The notes beneath the pieces were generated by a model. That model saw only the letters and a list, made by a program, of their open reading frames with translations, was not told where the DNA came from and ran no database searches. A stretch of 64,000 bases of DNA from Escherichia coli (GTDB taxonomy: Bacteria; Pseudomonadota; Gammaproteobacteria; Enterobacterales; Enterobacteriaceae), in assembly GCF_029227855.1 (NCBI RefSeq), contig NZ_CP074356.1; one strand, 5' to 3'. Position numbers and translations under genes: made by a program. Positions 54,901-64,000 of this stretch are shown here, one piece after another (the stretch's first letter is position 1; each line of letters starts with the position of its first letter).

Positions 54901-55230
54901 TTTACGCAGTAGCACTGCCCCGACCACGGCTTCAACAATATTGATGGTCGTCCAGGTCATGTTCAGCGAGCTGGTGGAAAAAAGCAGGATGGATGCGGCG
55001 ATATTTCCCAGCGAGCAGCTCAGCGCAATCCCCGGCCACATGCGCCCGGCATGGCGATAAAACGCCACCATCATGATGGACGTCGGGAACCACAATGGGG
55101 CGAGTTGGGTGCCAAACTGCGAAAGCTCAAGCGAGAAAAGGGTAAAGATAAACGAGACTAAACCTAAACTGACCAGGTGAAGCAGCGGGTGGGGCAGGGC
55201 AATTAATACATGCTGTGATTGTTTGCTCAT
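51913..55230 (-). CDS. dgcE: Multidomain diguanylate cyclase DgcE (MASE1-PAS-GGDEF-EAL)
   Basis: 1105-aa ORF; N-terminal membrane MASE1-like region, PAS repeats, GGDEF motif (RLGGDEFGLLL) and a C-terminal EAL-like domain. Confidence 0.9.
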   Translation of the reverse strand: MSKQSQHVLIALPHPLLHLVSLGLVSFIFTLFSLELSQFGTQLAPLWFPTSIMMVAFYRHAGRMWPGIALSCSLGNIAASILLFSTSSLNMTWTTINIVEAVVGAVLLRKLLPWYNPLQNLADWLRLALGSAIVPPLLGGVLVVLLTPGDDPLRAFLIWVLSESIGALALVPLGLLFKPHYLLRHRNPRLLFESLLTLAITLTLSWLSMLYLPWPFTFIIVLLMWSAVRLPRMEAFLIFLTTVMMVSLMMAADPSLLATPRTYLMSHMPWLPFLLILLPANIMTMVMYAFRAERKHISESETRFRNAMEYSAIGMALVGTEGQWLQSNKALCQFLGYSQEELRGLTFQQLTWPEDLNKDLQQVEKLISGEINTYSMEKRYYNRNGDVVWALLAVSLVRHTDGTPLYFIAQIEDINELKRTEQVNQQLMERITLANEAGGIGIWEWELKPNIFSWDKRMFELYEIPPHIKPNWQVWYECVLPEDRQHAEKVIRDSLQSRSPFKLEFRITVKDGIRHIRALANRVLNKEGEVERLLGINMDMTEVKQLNEALFQEKERLHITLDSIGEAVVCIDMAMKITFMNPVAEKMSGWTQEEALGVPLLTVLHITFGDNGPLMENIYSADTSRSAIEQDVVLHCRSGGSYDVHYSITPLSTLDGSNIGSVLVIQDVTESRKMLRQLSYSASHDALTHLANRASFEKQLRILLQTVNSTHQRHALVFIDLDRFKAVNDSAGHAAGDALLRELASLMLSMLRSSDVLARLGGDEFGLLLPDCNVESARFIATRIISAVNDYHFIWEGRVHRVGASAGITLIDDNNHQAAEVMSQADIACYASKNGGRGRVTIYEPQQATAHSERAAMSLDEQWRMIKENQLMMIAHGVASPRIPEARNLWLISLKLWSCEGEIIDEQTFRRSFSDPALSHALDRRVFHDFFQQAAKAIASKGISIALPLSVAGLSSATLVNELLEQLENSPLPPRLLHLIIPAEAILDHAESVQKLRLAGCRIVFSQVGRDLQIFNSLKANMADYLLLDGELCANVQGNLMDEMLITIIQGHAQRLGMKTIAGPVVLPLVMDTLSGIGVDLIYGDVIADAQPLDLLVNSSYFAIN

Positions 55231-55547
55231 TACCGCTTTATCCGCAAGACCAGGTCGCCAGTATTCGTTTCTGTGTTTATGCTAGTACAAAAGTTTTACA
55301 TTTTATATGCGAATTGCTCATAAAGTGACGTAAAGGCGGATAATTTGCGCAACTTCGTATAACAATTTTTACCTTGCATTAAAACTGAACAACGTAATTT
55401 GCCACCGGGAATTATTCGTCAACAATTACTCTGAGCGCGCGGCAACGCTATTCGACTGGTATCAGGCGGATGAAATCCCTATAATTGCCGCGTTTGGCGC
55501 TTCGTCGCCCCCTTCCTAACATCCAGGTTAATCAGGTCGCTAAATAT

Positions 55548-56189
55548 ATGACTGATCAGTCTCATCAGTGCGTCATTATCGGTATCGCTGGCGCATCGGC
55601 TTCCGGCAAGAGTCTTATTGCCAGTACCCTTTATCGTGAATTACGTGAGCAAGTCGGTGATGAACACATCGGCGTAATTCCCGAAGACTGCTATTACAAA
55701 GATCAAAGCCATCTGTCGATGGAAGAACGCGTTAAGACCAACTACGACCATCCCAGCGCGATGGATCACAGCCTGCTGCTTGAGCATTTACAAGCATTGA
55801 AACGCGGCTCGGCCATTGACCTGCCGGTTTACAGCTATGTTGAACATACGCGTATGAAAGAAACGGTGACGGTTGAGCCGAAGAAAGTCATCATTCTCGA
55901 AGGCATTTTGCTGCTGACGGATGCGCGTTTGCGTGATGAACTTAACTTCTCAATTTTCGTTGATACCCCGCTGGATATCTGCCTGATGCGCCGCATCAAG
56001 CGTGACGTTAACGAGCGTGGGCGTTCAATGGATTCAGTGATGGCGCAATATCAAAAAACCGTGCGCCCGATGTTCCTGCAATTCATTGAGCCTTCTAAAC
56101 AATATGCGGACATTATCGTGCCGCGCGGCGGGAAAAACCGCATCGCCATCGATATATTGAAAGCGAAAATAAGTCAGTTCTTTGAATAA
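55548..56189 (+). CDS. udk: Uridine/cytidine kinase
   Basis: ORF 55485..56189; start placed at [22 protein letters not shown] (213 aa; Walker A). Confidence 0.9.
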
Positions 56190-56280
56190 GCTTGATAAAT
56201 TGTGTACCGTTCAGTGATAACCTGGTATGCCCTTGACGTAATTGGCGTTAAGGGAGTGATGCGCGAAAGGAGAAAATGCC

Positions 56281-56862
56281 ATGCGTCTGTGTGACCGAGA
56301 TATTGAAGCCTGGCTTGATGAAGGCCGTTTGTCGATCAACCCACGTCCGCCAGTGGAGCGTATTAACGGCGCGACGGTGGATGTACGCCTGGGCAATAAA
56401 TTTCGTACCTTCCGTGGTCACACGGCAGCGTTTATCGATCTGAGCGGTCCCAAAGATGAAGTGAGCGCCGCGCTTGACCGCGTGATGAGCGATGAGATCG
56501 TTCTCGATGAAAGCGAGGCGTTCTATCTTCACCCAGGAGAGCTGGCGCTGGCGGTGACGCTGGAGTCGGTGACGCTGCCAGCCGATCTGGTGGGCTGGCT
56601 GGACGGGCGTTCCTCATTGGCGCGTCTGGGGCTGATGGTGCACGTCACCGCGCACCGCATCGATCCGGGCTGGTCTGGCTGCATTGTGCTGGAGTTCTAC
56701 AACTCCGGTAAGCTGCCGCTGGCGCTGCGTCCGGGCATGTTAATTGGTGCGCTGAGCTTTGAGCCGCTTTCCGGCCCGGCGGCGCGACCATACAACCGCC
56801 GCGAAGATGCGAAATATCGCAACCAGCAGGGCGCGGTAGCCAGCCGAATCGATAAAGACTAA
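56281..56862 (+). CDS. dcd: dCTP deaminase
   Basis: 193-aa [20 protein letters not shown].. Confidence 0.9.
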   Translation: MRLCDRDIEAWLDEGRLSINPRPPVERINGATVDVRLGNKFRTFRGHTAAFIDLSGPKDEVSAALDRVMSDEIVLDESEAFYLHPGELALAVTLESVTLPADLVGWLDGRSSLARLGLMVHVTAHRIDPGWSGCIVLEFYNSGKLPLALRPGMLIGALSFEPLSGPAARPYNRREDAKYRNQQGAVASRIDKD

Positions 56863-56883
56863 TTCAGGCCCATTGAGGATACC

Positions 56884-58737
56884 ATGAGACGATTTCTGAC
56901 GACGCTGATGATACTCCTGGTCGTGCTGGTGGCCGGGTTATCTGCGTTAGTGTTGCTGGTGAATCCGAATGATTTCCGCGACTATATGGTCAAGCAAGTT
57001 GCTGCACGTAGCGGTTATCAATTGCAGCTCGACGGGCCACTGCGTTGGCACGTCTGGCCGCAGCTTAGTATCCTCTCCGGGCGAATGTCTCTCACTGCCC
57101 AGGGCGCGAGCCAGCCACTGGTTCGCGCAGACAACATGCGTCTGGACGTGGCGCTTTTACCACTGCTGAGTCATCAACTGAGCGTTAAGCAGGTGATGCT
57201 AAAAGGGGCAGTGATTCAACTGACGCCGCAGACGGAAGCGGTGCGCAGTGAAGACGCTCCGGTTGCACCGCGCGACAATACCTTGCCGGATCTGTCAGAC
57301 GATCGCGGATGGTCGTTTGATATATCCAGTCTTAAGGTGGCGGACAGCGTGCTGGTGTTCCAGCATGAAGATGACGAGCAGGTGACAATCCGCAATATTC
57401 GCCTGCAAATGGAACAAGATCCCCAACATCGTGGTTCATTTGAGTTCTCCGGGCGGGTTAATCGCGATCAGCGCGATCTCACGATATCCCTTAACGGTAC
57501 GGTAGATGCTTCTGATTATCCGCATGATTTAACGGCGGCTATTGAACAAGTTAACTGGCAGTTGCAGGGTGCAGATTTACCAAAACAAGGTATTCAGGGG
57601 CAGGGGAGTTTCCAGGCCCAGTGGCAGGAGTCACATAAACGCCTTTCATTTAACCAAATTAGTTTGACCGCCAATGACAGTACGCTGAGCGGGCAAGCAC
57701 AGGTCACGCTGACAGAGCAACCGGAATGGCAGCTGAGACTGCAATTTCCGCAACTGAATCTTGACAACCTCATCCCGCTTAATGAAACAGCGAACGGTGA
57801 GAACGGTACCGCGCAGCAAGGGCAGAGCCAATCAACGTTGCCGCGCCCGGTCATTTCTTCGCGTATTGATGAACCGGCCTATCAGGGACTGCAAGGCTTT
57901 ACGGCTGATATTTTGTTGCAGGCCAGTAACGTGCGCTGGCGCGGAATGAATTTTACAGATGTTGCCACGCAAATGACCAACAAGTCGGGTTTGCTGGAAA
58001 TTACTCAACTGCAGGGCAAACTTAACGGTGGACAGGTTTCACTGCCGGGCACGCTGGACGCGACATCAATAAATCCGCGGATAAACTTCCAGCCACGGCT
58101 GGAAAACGTTGAGATTGGTACCATTCTGAAGGCGTTTAACTATCCGATTTCGTTGACCGGAAAGATGTCACTGGCTGGTGATTTCTCCGGTGCTGACATA
58201 GATGCCGACGCATTCCGCCATAACTGGCAAGGACAGGCACATGTCGAAATGACCGACACGCGCATGGAAGGGATGAACTTCCAGCAGATGATTCAGCAAG
58301 CGGTAGAACGTAATGGTGGTGATGTGAAGGCCGCTGAAAACTTCGATAACGTAACGCGTCTTGACCGCTTTACCACCGATTTGACGTTGAAGGATGGCGT
58401 CGTGACGTTAAACGACATGCAAGGTCAATCGCCCATGCTGGCGCTTTCCGGGGCTGGTACGTTGAATCTGGCGGAGCAAACCTGTGACACCCAGTTTGAT
58501 ATTCGGGTCGTGGGGGGCTGGAACGGGGAAAGTAAACTGATTGATTTCCTGAAAGAAACGCCAGTACCGCTGCGGGTTTATGGCAACTGGCAGCAACTCA
58601 ATTACAGCCTGCAAGTGGATCAGTTACTGCGCAAACATCTACAGGACGAAGCGAAACGTCGCCTGAATGACTGGGCCGAGCGGAATAAAGATTCCCGCAA
58701 TGGCAAAGATGTGAAGAAGTTGCTGGAGAAGATGTAG
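56884..58737 (+). CDS. asmA: Outer-membrane assembly protein AsmA
   Basis: 617-aa ORF with N-terminal membrane anchor. Confidence 0.85.
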   Translation: MRRFLTTLMILLVVLVAGLSALVLLVNPNDFRDYMVKQVAARSGYQLQLDGPLRWHVWPQLSILSGRMSLTAQGASQPLVRADNMRLDVALLPLLSHQLSVKQVMLKGAVIQLTPQTEAVRSEDAPVAPRDNTLPDLSDDRGWSFDISSLKVADSVLVFQHEDDEQVTIRNIRLQMEQDPQHRGSFEFSGRVNRDQRDLTISLNGTVDASDYPHDLTAAIEQVNWQLQGADLPKQGIQGQGSFQAQWQESHKRLSFNQISLTANDSTLSGQAQVTLTEQPEWQLRLQFPQLNLDNLIPLNETANGENGTAQQGQSQSTLPRPVISSRIDEPAYQGLQGFTADILLQASNVRWRGMNFTDVATQMTNKSGLLEITQLQGKLNGGQVSLPGTLDATSINPRINFQPRLENVEIGTILKAFNYPISLTGKMSLAGDFSGADIDADAFRHNWQGQAHVEMTDTRMEGMNFQQMIQQAVERNGGDVKAAENFDNVTRLDRFTTDLTLKDGVVTLNDMQGQSPMLALSGAGTLNLAEQTCDTQFDIRVVGGWNGESKLIDFLKETPVPLRVYGNWQQLNYSLQVDQLLRKHLQDEAKRRLNDWAERNKDSRNGKDVKKLLEKM

Positions 58738-58761
58738 GTTACCAGGTGACTTGTCCTGTAG

Positions 58762-58793
58762 GCCTGATAAGACGCCTGAAGCGTCGCATCAGG
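58762..58793. repeat. REP-like palindrome
   Basis: gcctgataagacgcctgaagcgtcgcatcaggc downstream of asmA. Confidence 0.4.
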
Positions 58794-59029
58794 CGTTCGT
58801 GGCGGCACCATTATATTCTGAATATGTAAGATCGAAGGCTGTTCCGTTCACTTGATGTTCCTCGTTACTATGTAACGCTCAAGCCGGTGAACGTGCCAGG
58901 GTGGCTCAATCTCCACCACCCTGGCAACCCGGGCCCACACCCCCGCTGTGATGTCCGTTTACCACAGACAACGCTTCATTGCTGAAGTTATAAGGCGTTA
59001 CGCAGCATCGGGTAAAATGACCGATACCA

Positions 59030-60613
59030 TCACACCTCGTACTCCATCTCGCCATCCTTATGCAGCGGAATAATCTGCACCTTCTGCACGCGATGGCTTT
59101 CCACCTGCAACGTTTTGAGCAAGTAATCCCCTACCTGAACTTCTTCGCCAGGTTTTGGAATACGCTGCAAATATTCCATCAGCAGCCCGGCAATGGTGTG
59201 ATATTCGCGTTTCTCATCCAGCGGTAGCGGCACATATTGCACCAGATCTTCCAGCGGCATATGACCATTCGCCGTCCAGGAACCGTCCGCATTTTTCTGA
59301 ATATCATGGCGGGCGTCGATCTCTTCCACTTCGTTCGGTAAGTTACCGGCAATGGTTTCTGTGACGTCACTTAATGTCACAATCCCTTCCACTGAACCAA
59401 ACTCATCCACCACAAAAGCAAAGTGCGTGCGGGCATTACGGAACTGCTCCAGGGCTGGTAACAACGGCAAGGTTTCCGGGAACACCAGCGGCTGGCGAAT
59501 CAACACCCGCAGGTTGAGCGGTTCGCCGCGCAGTGACTGTTGTAGCAGGTCGATAACGTGAACAACACCGAGCAAATCTTCTGCGTCATCACCGTCGGTA
59601 ACCACCAGCCGCGTATGCTGATTTCGCTCCAGCAACTGGCGGATCTCGTCTTCCGGCGCGTTGAGATCGATATGCTCAATATCGTGGCGCGACGTCATAA
59701 TGCTGCTGACGGTACGCTGATTAAGATTAAGGACCCGCTCAATCATCCGCCGTTCCTGCGGGTTAAAGATCTGCTGGTTACCATGATCCACCAGCATGGA
59801 CGCGGTTTCGGCGTCCAGTTCCGCATCTTCTTTTTGCCCGCTAAGCAGGCGCATTACCGCTTCGGTAGTCCGCTGGCGCAGCGTCTGGTTAGCGGAAAGA
59901 AAACGTCGCCGGTTAAAGATAGCCAACTGATTGAGCGCCTCGATCATCACCGAGAAACCAATGGCAGCGTACAGGTAGCCTTTCGGAATGACGAAGCCGA
60001 AACCTTCCGCCACCAGGCTAAAGCCAATCATCAACAGGAAACTTAAGCAGAGTATGACGATGGTCGGGTGGCTATTAACAAACTGAGTTAACGGCTTGCT
60101 GGCCATCAACATCAGGCTGATAGCGATAACGACGGCGGCCATCATGACCAGTAAATGGTCGACCATTCCGACGGCGGTAATCACCGAGTCGAGTGAGAAG
60201 ATGGCGTCCAGCACCACAATTTGCGTCACCACCCCCCAGAACTTCGCACCTTTGCGTTGCGTGGGGTTATTGCTGTCTTTCCCTTCCAGCCGTTCGTTCA
60301 ACTCCATCGTGGCTTTGAACAACAGGAAGAAACCACCAAACAGCATGATTAAGTCGCGGGCGCTAAAGGTAAACGAGCGGAAGCTGAACAGTGGTTGCGT
60401 CAGGGTGACCAGCCAGGAGATTGACGCCAGCAGTAACAGGCGCATTAACATTGCCAGCAGCAGCCCGGTAACTCGTGCGCGGTCACGCTGCTTCGGCGGT
60501 AGTTTTTCGGCGAGGATGGCAATAAAGACCAGGTTATCAATGCCGAGGACCAGTTCGATCACAATCAGCGTGATTAACCCGGCCCAGATAGACGGATCGG
60601 CAATCCATTCCAT
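59030..60613 (-). CDS. yegH: TerC-family membrane protein with CBS pair and CorC/HlyC domain
   Basis: ORF 59030..60652; start placed at [13 protein letters not shown] (527 aa). Confidence 0.8.
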   Translation of the reverse strand: MEWIADPSIWAGLITLIVIELVLGIDNLVFIAILAEKLPPKQRDRARVTGLLLAMLMRLLLLASISWLVTLTQPLFSFRSFTFSARDLIMLFGGFFLLFKATMELNERLEGKDSNNPTQRKGAKFWGVVTQIVVLDAIFSLDSVITAVGMVDHLLVMMAAVVIAISLMLMASKPLTQFVNSHPTIVILCLSFLLMIGFSLVAEGFGFVIPKGYLYAAIGFSVMIEALNQLAIFNRRRFLSANQTLRQRTTEAVMRLLSGQKEDAELDAETASMLVDHGNQQIFNPQERRMIERVLNLNQRTVSSIMTSRHDIEHIDLNAPEDEIRQLLERNQHTRLVVTDGDDAEDLLGVVHVIDLLQQSLRGEPLNLRVLIRQPLVFPETLPLLPALEQFRNARTHFAFVVDEFGSVEGIVTLSDVTETIAGNLPNEVEEIDARHDIQKNADGSWTANGHMPLEDLVQYVPLPLDEKREYHTIAGLLMEYLQRIPKPGEEVQVGDYLLKTLQVESHRVQKVQIIPLHKDGEMEYEV

Positions 60614-61071
60614 AGTAAGTACAAAACCTATTCGTTGTATGACAAATGTCACAATTCGATCATGGATAAATCAGGGCAAAAATGCAATGTTACGGCACTA
60701 TTTATCTCACATTATTTGAGGATTATAACATCGCATTATCCCTGAATTAAAAGTGGTAATAATAAAATATTATTTAAGAAATATCGCATATAGATACGCC
60801 GTATTAAATATTGTCAACATAAAGAAACTCCTAAAAAATACCACACATGACACTTAATATAATTCTTAAAAATAGCCAATTGCCGATTTGTTACCTTGCC
60901 TGCAATTCCGTTAGCTGTAACACTTCCTCCTGCATTATTGTAGAGCTAATATTCAATTACCATAATGCCACCTTATATCTGGAAAATTAATATCCGGAAT
61001 AACGCTTTTTCATAAACGACTGCGTTAGAAAATCTAAGCTAAATCAGTGTATTGGTAGCTAAAAAGCCAGG

Positions 61072-61083
61072 GGCGGTAGCGTG
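61072..61083 (+). promoter_or_regulatory. ops element (RfaH recruitment site) within a JUMPstart-like leader upstream of wza
   Basis: Exact ggcggtagcgtg in the long AT-rich leader about 180 bp upstream of the wza start. Confidence 0.6.
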
Positions 61084-61261
61084 TCTGGATGCCTGAAAGA
61101 CCAGTCTGAATTATTCTTTCAATAGCCTGCGGATGAAATCAATTTTTTTAGGACTGATGCCAGTTAAATTTTTATTCAATTAACTGCAAGGTAAATGTGC
61201 ATGGCGACATTGCTATTAATAGTGCACAGGATAATTACTCTGCCAAAGTGATAAATAAACA

Positions 61262-62401
61262 ATGATGAAATCCAAAATGAAATTGATGCCATTATTGGTG
61301 TCAGTAACCTTGATAAGCGGTTGCACAGTACTTCCGGGCAGCAATATGTCTACGATGGGTAAAGACGTCATCAAACAGCAGGACGCTGATTTCGATCTCG
61401 ACAAAATGGTGAATGTTTATCCGTTGACCCCGCGCCTGATTGATCAATTACGCCCACGCCCCAACGTAGCGCGCCCCAATATGACGCTGGAAAGCGAGAT
61501 CGCGAATTACCAGTATCGCGTCGGGCCGGGGGACGTTCTTAATGTCACCGTCTGGGATCACCCGGAGCTCACCACGCCAGCCGGTCAGTACCGCAGCTCC
61601 AGCGACACCGGCAACTGGGTACAGCCTGACGGCACCATGTTCTACCCGTATATCGGCAAGGTTCACGTCGTGGGGAAAACGCTCGCTGAAATCCGCAGTG
61701 ATATTACCGGGCGCTTAGCGACGTACATCGCTGATCCGCAGGTGGACGTTAATATCGCCGCCTTCCGCTCACAAAAGGCCTATATCTCCGGTCAGGTGAA
61801 TAAATCCGGTCAACAGGCGATCACCAACGTGCCACTGACCATTCTCGATGCCATCAACGCCGCAGGTGGCCTGACCGACACCGCTGACTGGCGCAACGTG
61901 GTGCTAACACACAATGGTCGTGAAGAACGCATTTCTTTGCAGGCGCTGATGCAAAACGGCGACCTCAATCAGAACCGACTGCTTTATCCTGGCGATATTC
62001 TCTACGTGCCGCGTAATGATGATCTGAAAGTGTTTGTGATGGGTGAAGTGAAAAAACAGAGCACCCTGAAAATGGACTTTAGCGGCATGACCCTGACTGA
62101 AGCCCTGGGCAATGCTGAAGGCATCGACATGACCACCTCCAACGCCAGCGGCATCTTTGTCATTCGTCCGCTGAAAGGCGAGGGCGGGCGTAACGGCAAG
62201 ATTGCCAATATCTATCAGCTGGATATGTCCGATGCCACGTCGCTGGTGATGGCGACAGAATTCCGCCTGCAACCTTATGACGTGGTGTATGTCACCACCG
62301 CACCGGTTTCCCGCTGGAACCGTCTGATCAATCAGTTGCTGCCAACTATTAGCGGTGTCCGTTACATGACGGATACAGCCAGCGACATTCATAACTGGTA
62401 A
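61262..62401 (+). CDS. wza: Colanic acid / group 1 capsule export outer-membrane lipoprotein Wza
   Basis: 379-aa ORF with lipoprotein signal (..LISGCTVLP). Confidence 0.9.
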   Translation: MMKSKMKLMPLLVSVTLISGCTVLPGSNMSTMGKDVIKQQDADFDLDKMVNVYPLTPRLIDQLRPRPNVARPNMTLESEIANYQYRVGPGDVLNVTVWDHPELTTPAGQYRSSSDTGNWVQPDGTMFYPYIGKVHVVGKTLAEIRSDITGRLATYIADPQVDVNIAAFRSQKAYISGQVNKSGQQAITNVPLTILDAINAAGGLTDTADWRNVVLTHNGREERISLQALMQNGDLNQNRLLYPGDILYVPRNDDLKVFVMGEVKKQSTLKMDFSGMTLTEALGNAEGIDMTTSNASGIFVIRPLKGEGGRNGKIANIYQLDMSDATSLVMATEFRLQPYDVVYVTTAPVSRWNRLINQLLPTISGVRYMTDTASDIHNW

Positions 62402-62406
62402 TCGTC

Positions 62407-62850
62407 ATGTTTAACAACATCTTAGTTGTCTGCGTCGGCAATATTTGCCGTTCCCCGACGGCGGAACGCTTACTGCAACGTTATCACCCGGAGCTAAAAG
62501 TGGAGTCCGCTGGACTCGGCGCGCTGGTCGGAAAGGGCGCTGATCCTACCGCTATCAGCGTCGCCGCAGAACATCAACTGTCTCTGGAAGGTCATTGCGC
62601 ACGGCAAATCAGCCGCCGTCTGTGTCGCAACTACGACCTGATTCTGACCATGGAAAAGCGCCATATCGAACGCTTATGCGAGATGGCACCGGAGATGCGC
62701 GGCAAAGTGATGCTGTTTGGTCACTGGGATAACGAATGTGAAATCCCCGATCCGTATCGCAAAAGCCGGGAAACGTTTGCAGCGGTGTACACATTACTTG
62801 AACGGTCTGCCCGCCAGTGGGCGCAGGCATTGAACGCAGAGCAGGTATAA
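62407..62850 (+). CDS. wzb: Low-molecular-weight protein-tyrosine phosphatase Wzb
   Basis: 147-aa ORF with the CX5R P-loop (VCVGNICRSP). Confidence 0.9.
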   Translation: MFNNILVVCVGNICRSPTAERLLQRYHPELKVESAGLGALVGKGADPTAISVAAEHQLSLEGHCARQISRRLCRNYDLILTMEKRHIERLCEMAPEMRGKVMLFGHWDNECEIPDPYRKSRETFAAVYTLLERSARQWAQALNAEQV

Positions 62851-62852
62851 GA

Positions 62853-64000
62853 ATGACAGAAAAAGTAAAACAACATGCCGCTCCGGTAACGGGCAGTGAT
62901 GAAATCGATATTGGTCGCCTGGTCGGCACCGTCATTGAAGCGCGCTGGTGGGTGATTGGCATCACCGCCGTATTTGCCCTCTGTGCCGTGGTTTACACCT
63001 TCTTCGCCACGCCGATTTATAGTGCCGACGCACTGGTACAAATCGAGCAAAACAGCGGCAATTCGTTAGTGCAGGACATTGGTTCGGCATTAGCCAACAA
63101 ACCGCCAGCATCGGACGCCGAGATCCAGTTGATTCGTTCGCGTCTGGTGCTTGGTAAAACGGTGGACGATCTCGACCTCGATATTGCAGTGAGCAAAAAC
63201 ACGTTCCCGATTTTCGGTGCGGGCTGGGATCGCCTGATGGGACGCCAGAACGAGACGGTAAAAGTGACCACCTTTAACCGCCCGAAAGAGATGGCGGATC
63301 AGGTGTTTACGCTTAATGTGCTGGACGATAAAAACTACACTCTGAGCAGCGATGGCGGCTTTAGCGCCCGTGGGCAAGCGGGCCAGATGCTGAAAAAAGA
63401 AGGCGTCACACTGATGGTTGAAGCCATTCACGCCAGCCCGGGCAGTGAGTTTACCGTCACCAAATACTCCACGCTGGGGATGATCAACCAACTGCAAAAC
63501 AGCCTGACGGTAATGGAGAACGGCAAAGACGCAGGCGTACTGAGCCTGACTTATACCGGTGAAGATCGCGAACAGATCCGCGACATTCTTAACAGCATCG
63601 CTCGTAACTATCAGGAACAAAATATTGAGCGCAAATCGGCGGAAGCGTCGAAAAGCCTCGCTTTCCTCGCGCAACAGTTACCGGAAGTACGTAGCCGCCT
63701 TGATGTTGCCGAAAACAAACTGAATGCCTTCCGTCAGGATAAAGATTCTGTTGATCTGCCGCTGGAAGCGAAAGCGGTGCTCGATTCGATGGTGAACATC
63801 GACGCGCAGTTGAACGAACTGACCTTTAAAGAGGCGGAAATCTCCAAGCTGTACACTAAAGTTCACCCGGCGTACCGCACGCTGCTGGAGAAACGGCAGG
63901 CGCTGGAAGACGAAAAAGCCAAACTGAACGGGCGTGTAACGGCGATGCCGAAAACCCAGCAGGAAATTGTCCGTCTGACCCGCGATGTCGAGTCTGGTCA
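62853..64000 (+). CDS. wzc: Tyrosine autokinase / co-polymerase Wzc, N-terminal part; gene runs off the window end
   Basis: ATG at 62853 opens a frame (MTEKVKQHAAPVTGSDEIDIGRLVGTVIEARWWVIGITAVFALCAV..) with no stop before the window end. Confidence 0.85.
   Translation, partial: MTEKVKQHAAPVTGSDEIDIGRLVGTVIEARWWVIGITAVFALCAVVYTFFATPIYSADALVQIEQNSGNSLVQDIGSALANKPPASDAEIQLIRSRLVLGKTVDDLDLDIAVSKNTFPIFGAGWDRLMGRQNETVKVTTFNRPKEMADQVFTLNVLDDKNYTLSSDGGFSARGQAGQMLKKEGVTLMVEAIHASPGSEFTVTKYSTLGMINQLQNSLTVMENGKDAGVLSLTYTGEDREQIRDILNSIARNYQEQNIERKSAEASKSLAFLAQQLPEVRSRLDVAENKLNAFRQDKDSVDLPLEAKAVLDSMVNIDAQLNELTFKEAEISKLYTKVHPAYRTLLEKRQALEDEKAKLNGRVTAMPKTQQEIVRLTRDVESG

Overview
This window reads as a contiguous stretch of Escherichia coli chromosome from a non-K-12 strain, running from molR/metG through the colanic-acid export genes. 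Calls rest on reading the supplied ORF translations for family motifs and on the sequence itself; no searches or computations were run, and all comparisons to K-12 are from memory. Gene order: molR (partial), an IS200 copy, metG, mrp/apbC, yehE, the yehDCBA chaperone-usher fimbrial operon, rcnB-rcnA / rcnR, a TPP riboswitch with thiMD, yegX, yegW, yegVUT, fbaB, a complete gatYZABCD-gatR galactitol operon, yegS, yegR, CyaR sRNA, yegQ (trhP), two unassigned genes, yegP, baeSR-mdtABCD, three tandem ibs/sib type I toxin-antitoxin units, yegL-yegK-yegI, yegD, alkA, dgcE, udk, dcd, asmA, yegH and wza-wzb-wzc (partial). The best candidates for an undescribed system are (1) a roughly 2.3 kb insert between yegQ and yegP carrying a signal-peptide protein and a HEAT-like repeat protein with no assignable function, and (2) the translationally coupled vWA / PP2C phosphatase / Ser-Thr kinase operon yegL-yegK-yegI with an adjacent Hsp70-like ATPase. 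Other strain-variable points are the IS200 insertion, the third ibs/sib unit, an apparently unoccupied P2 attachment site at the CyaR 3' end, and an intact gatR.
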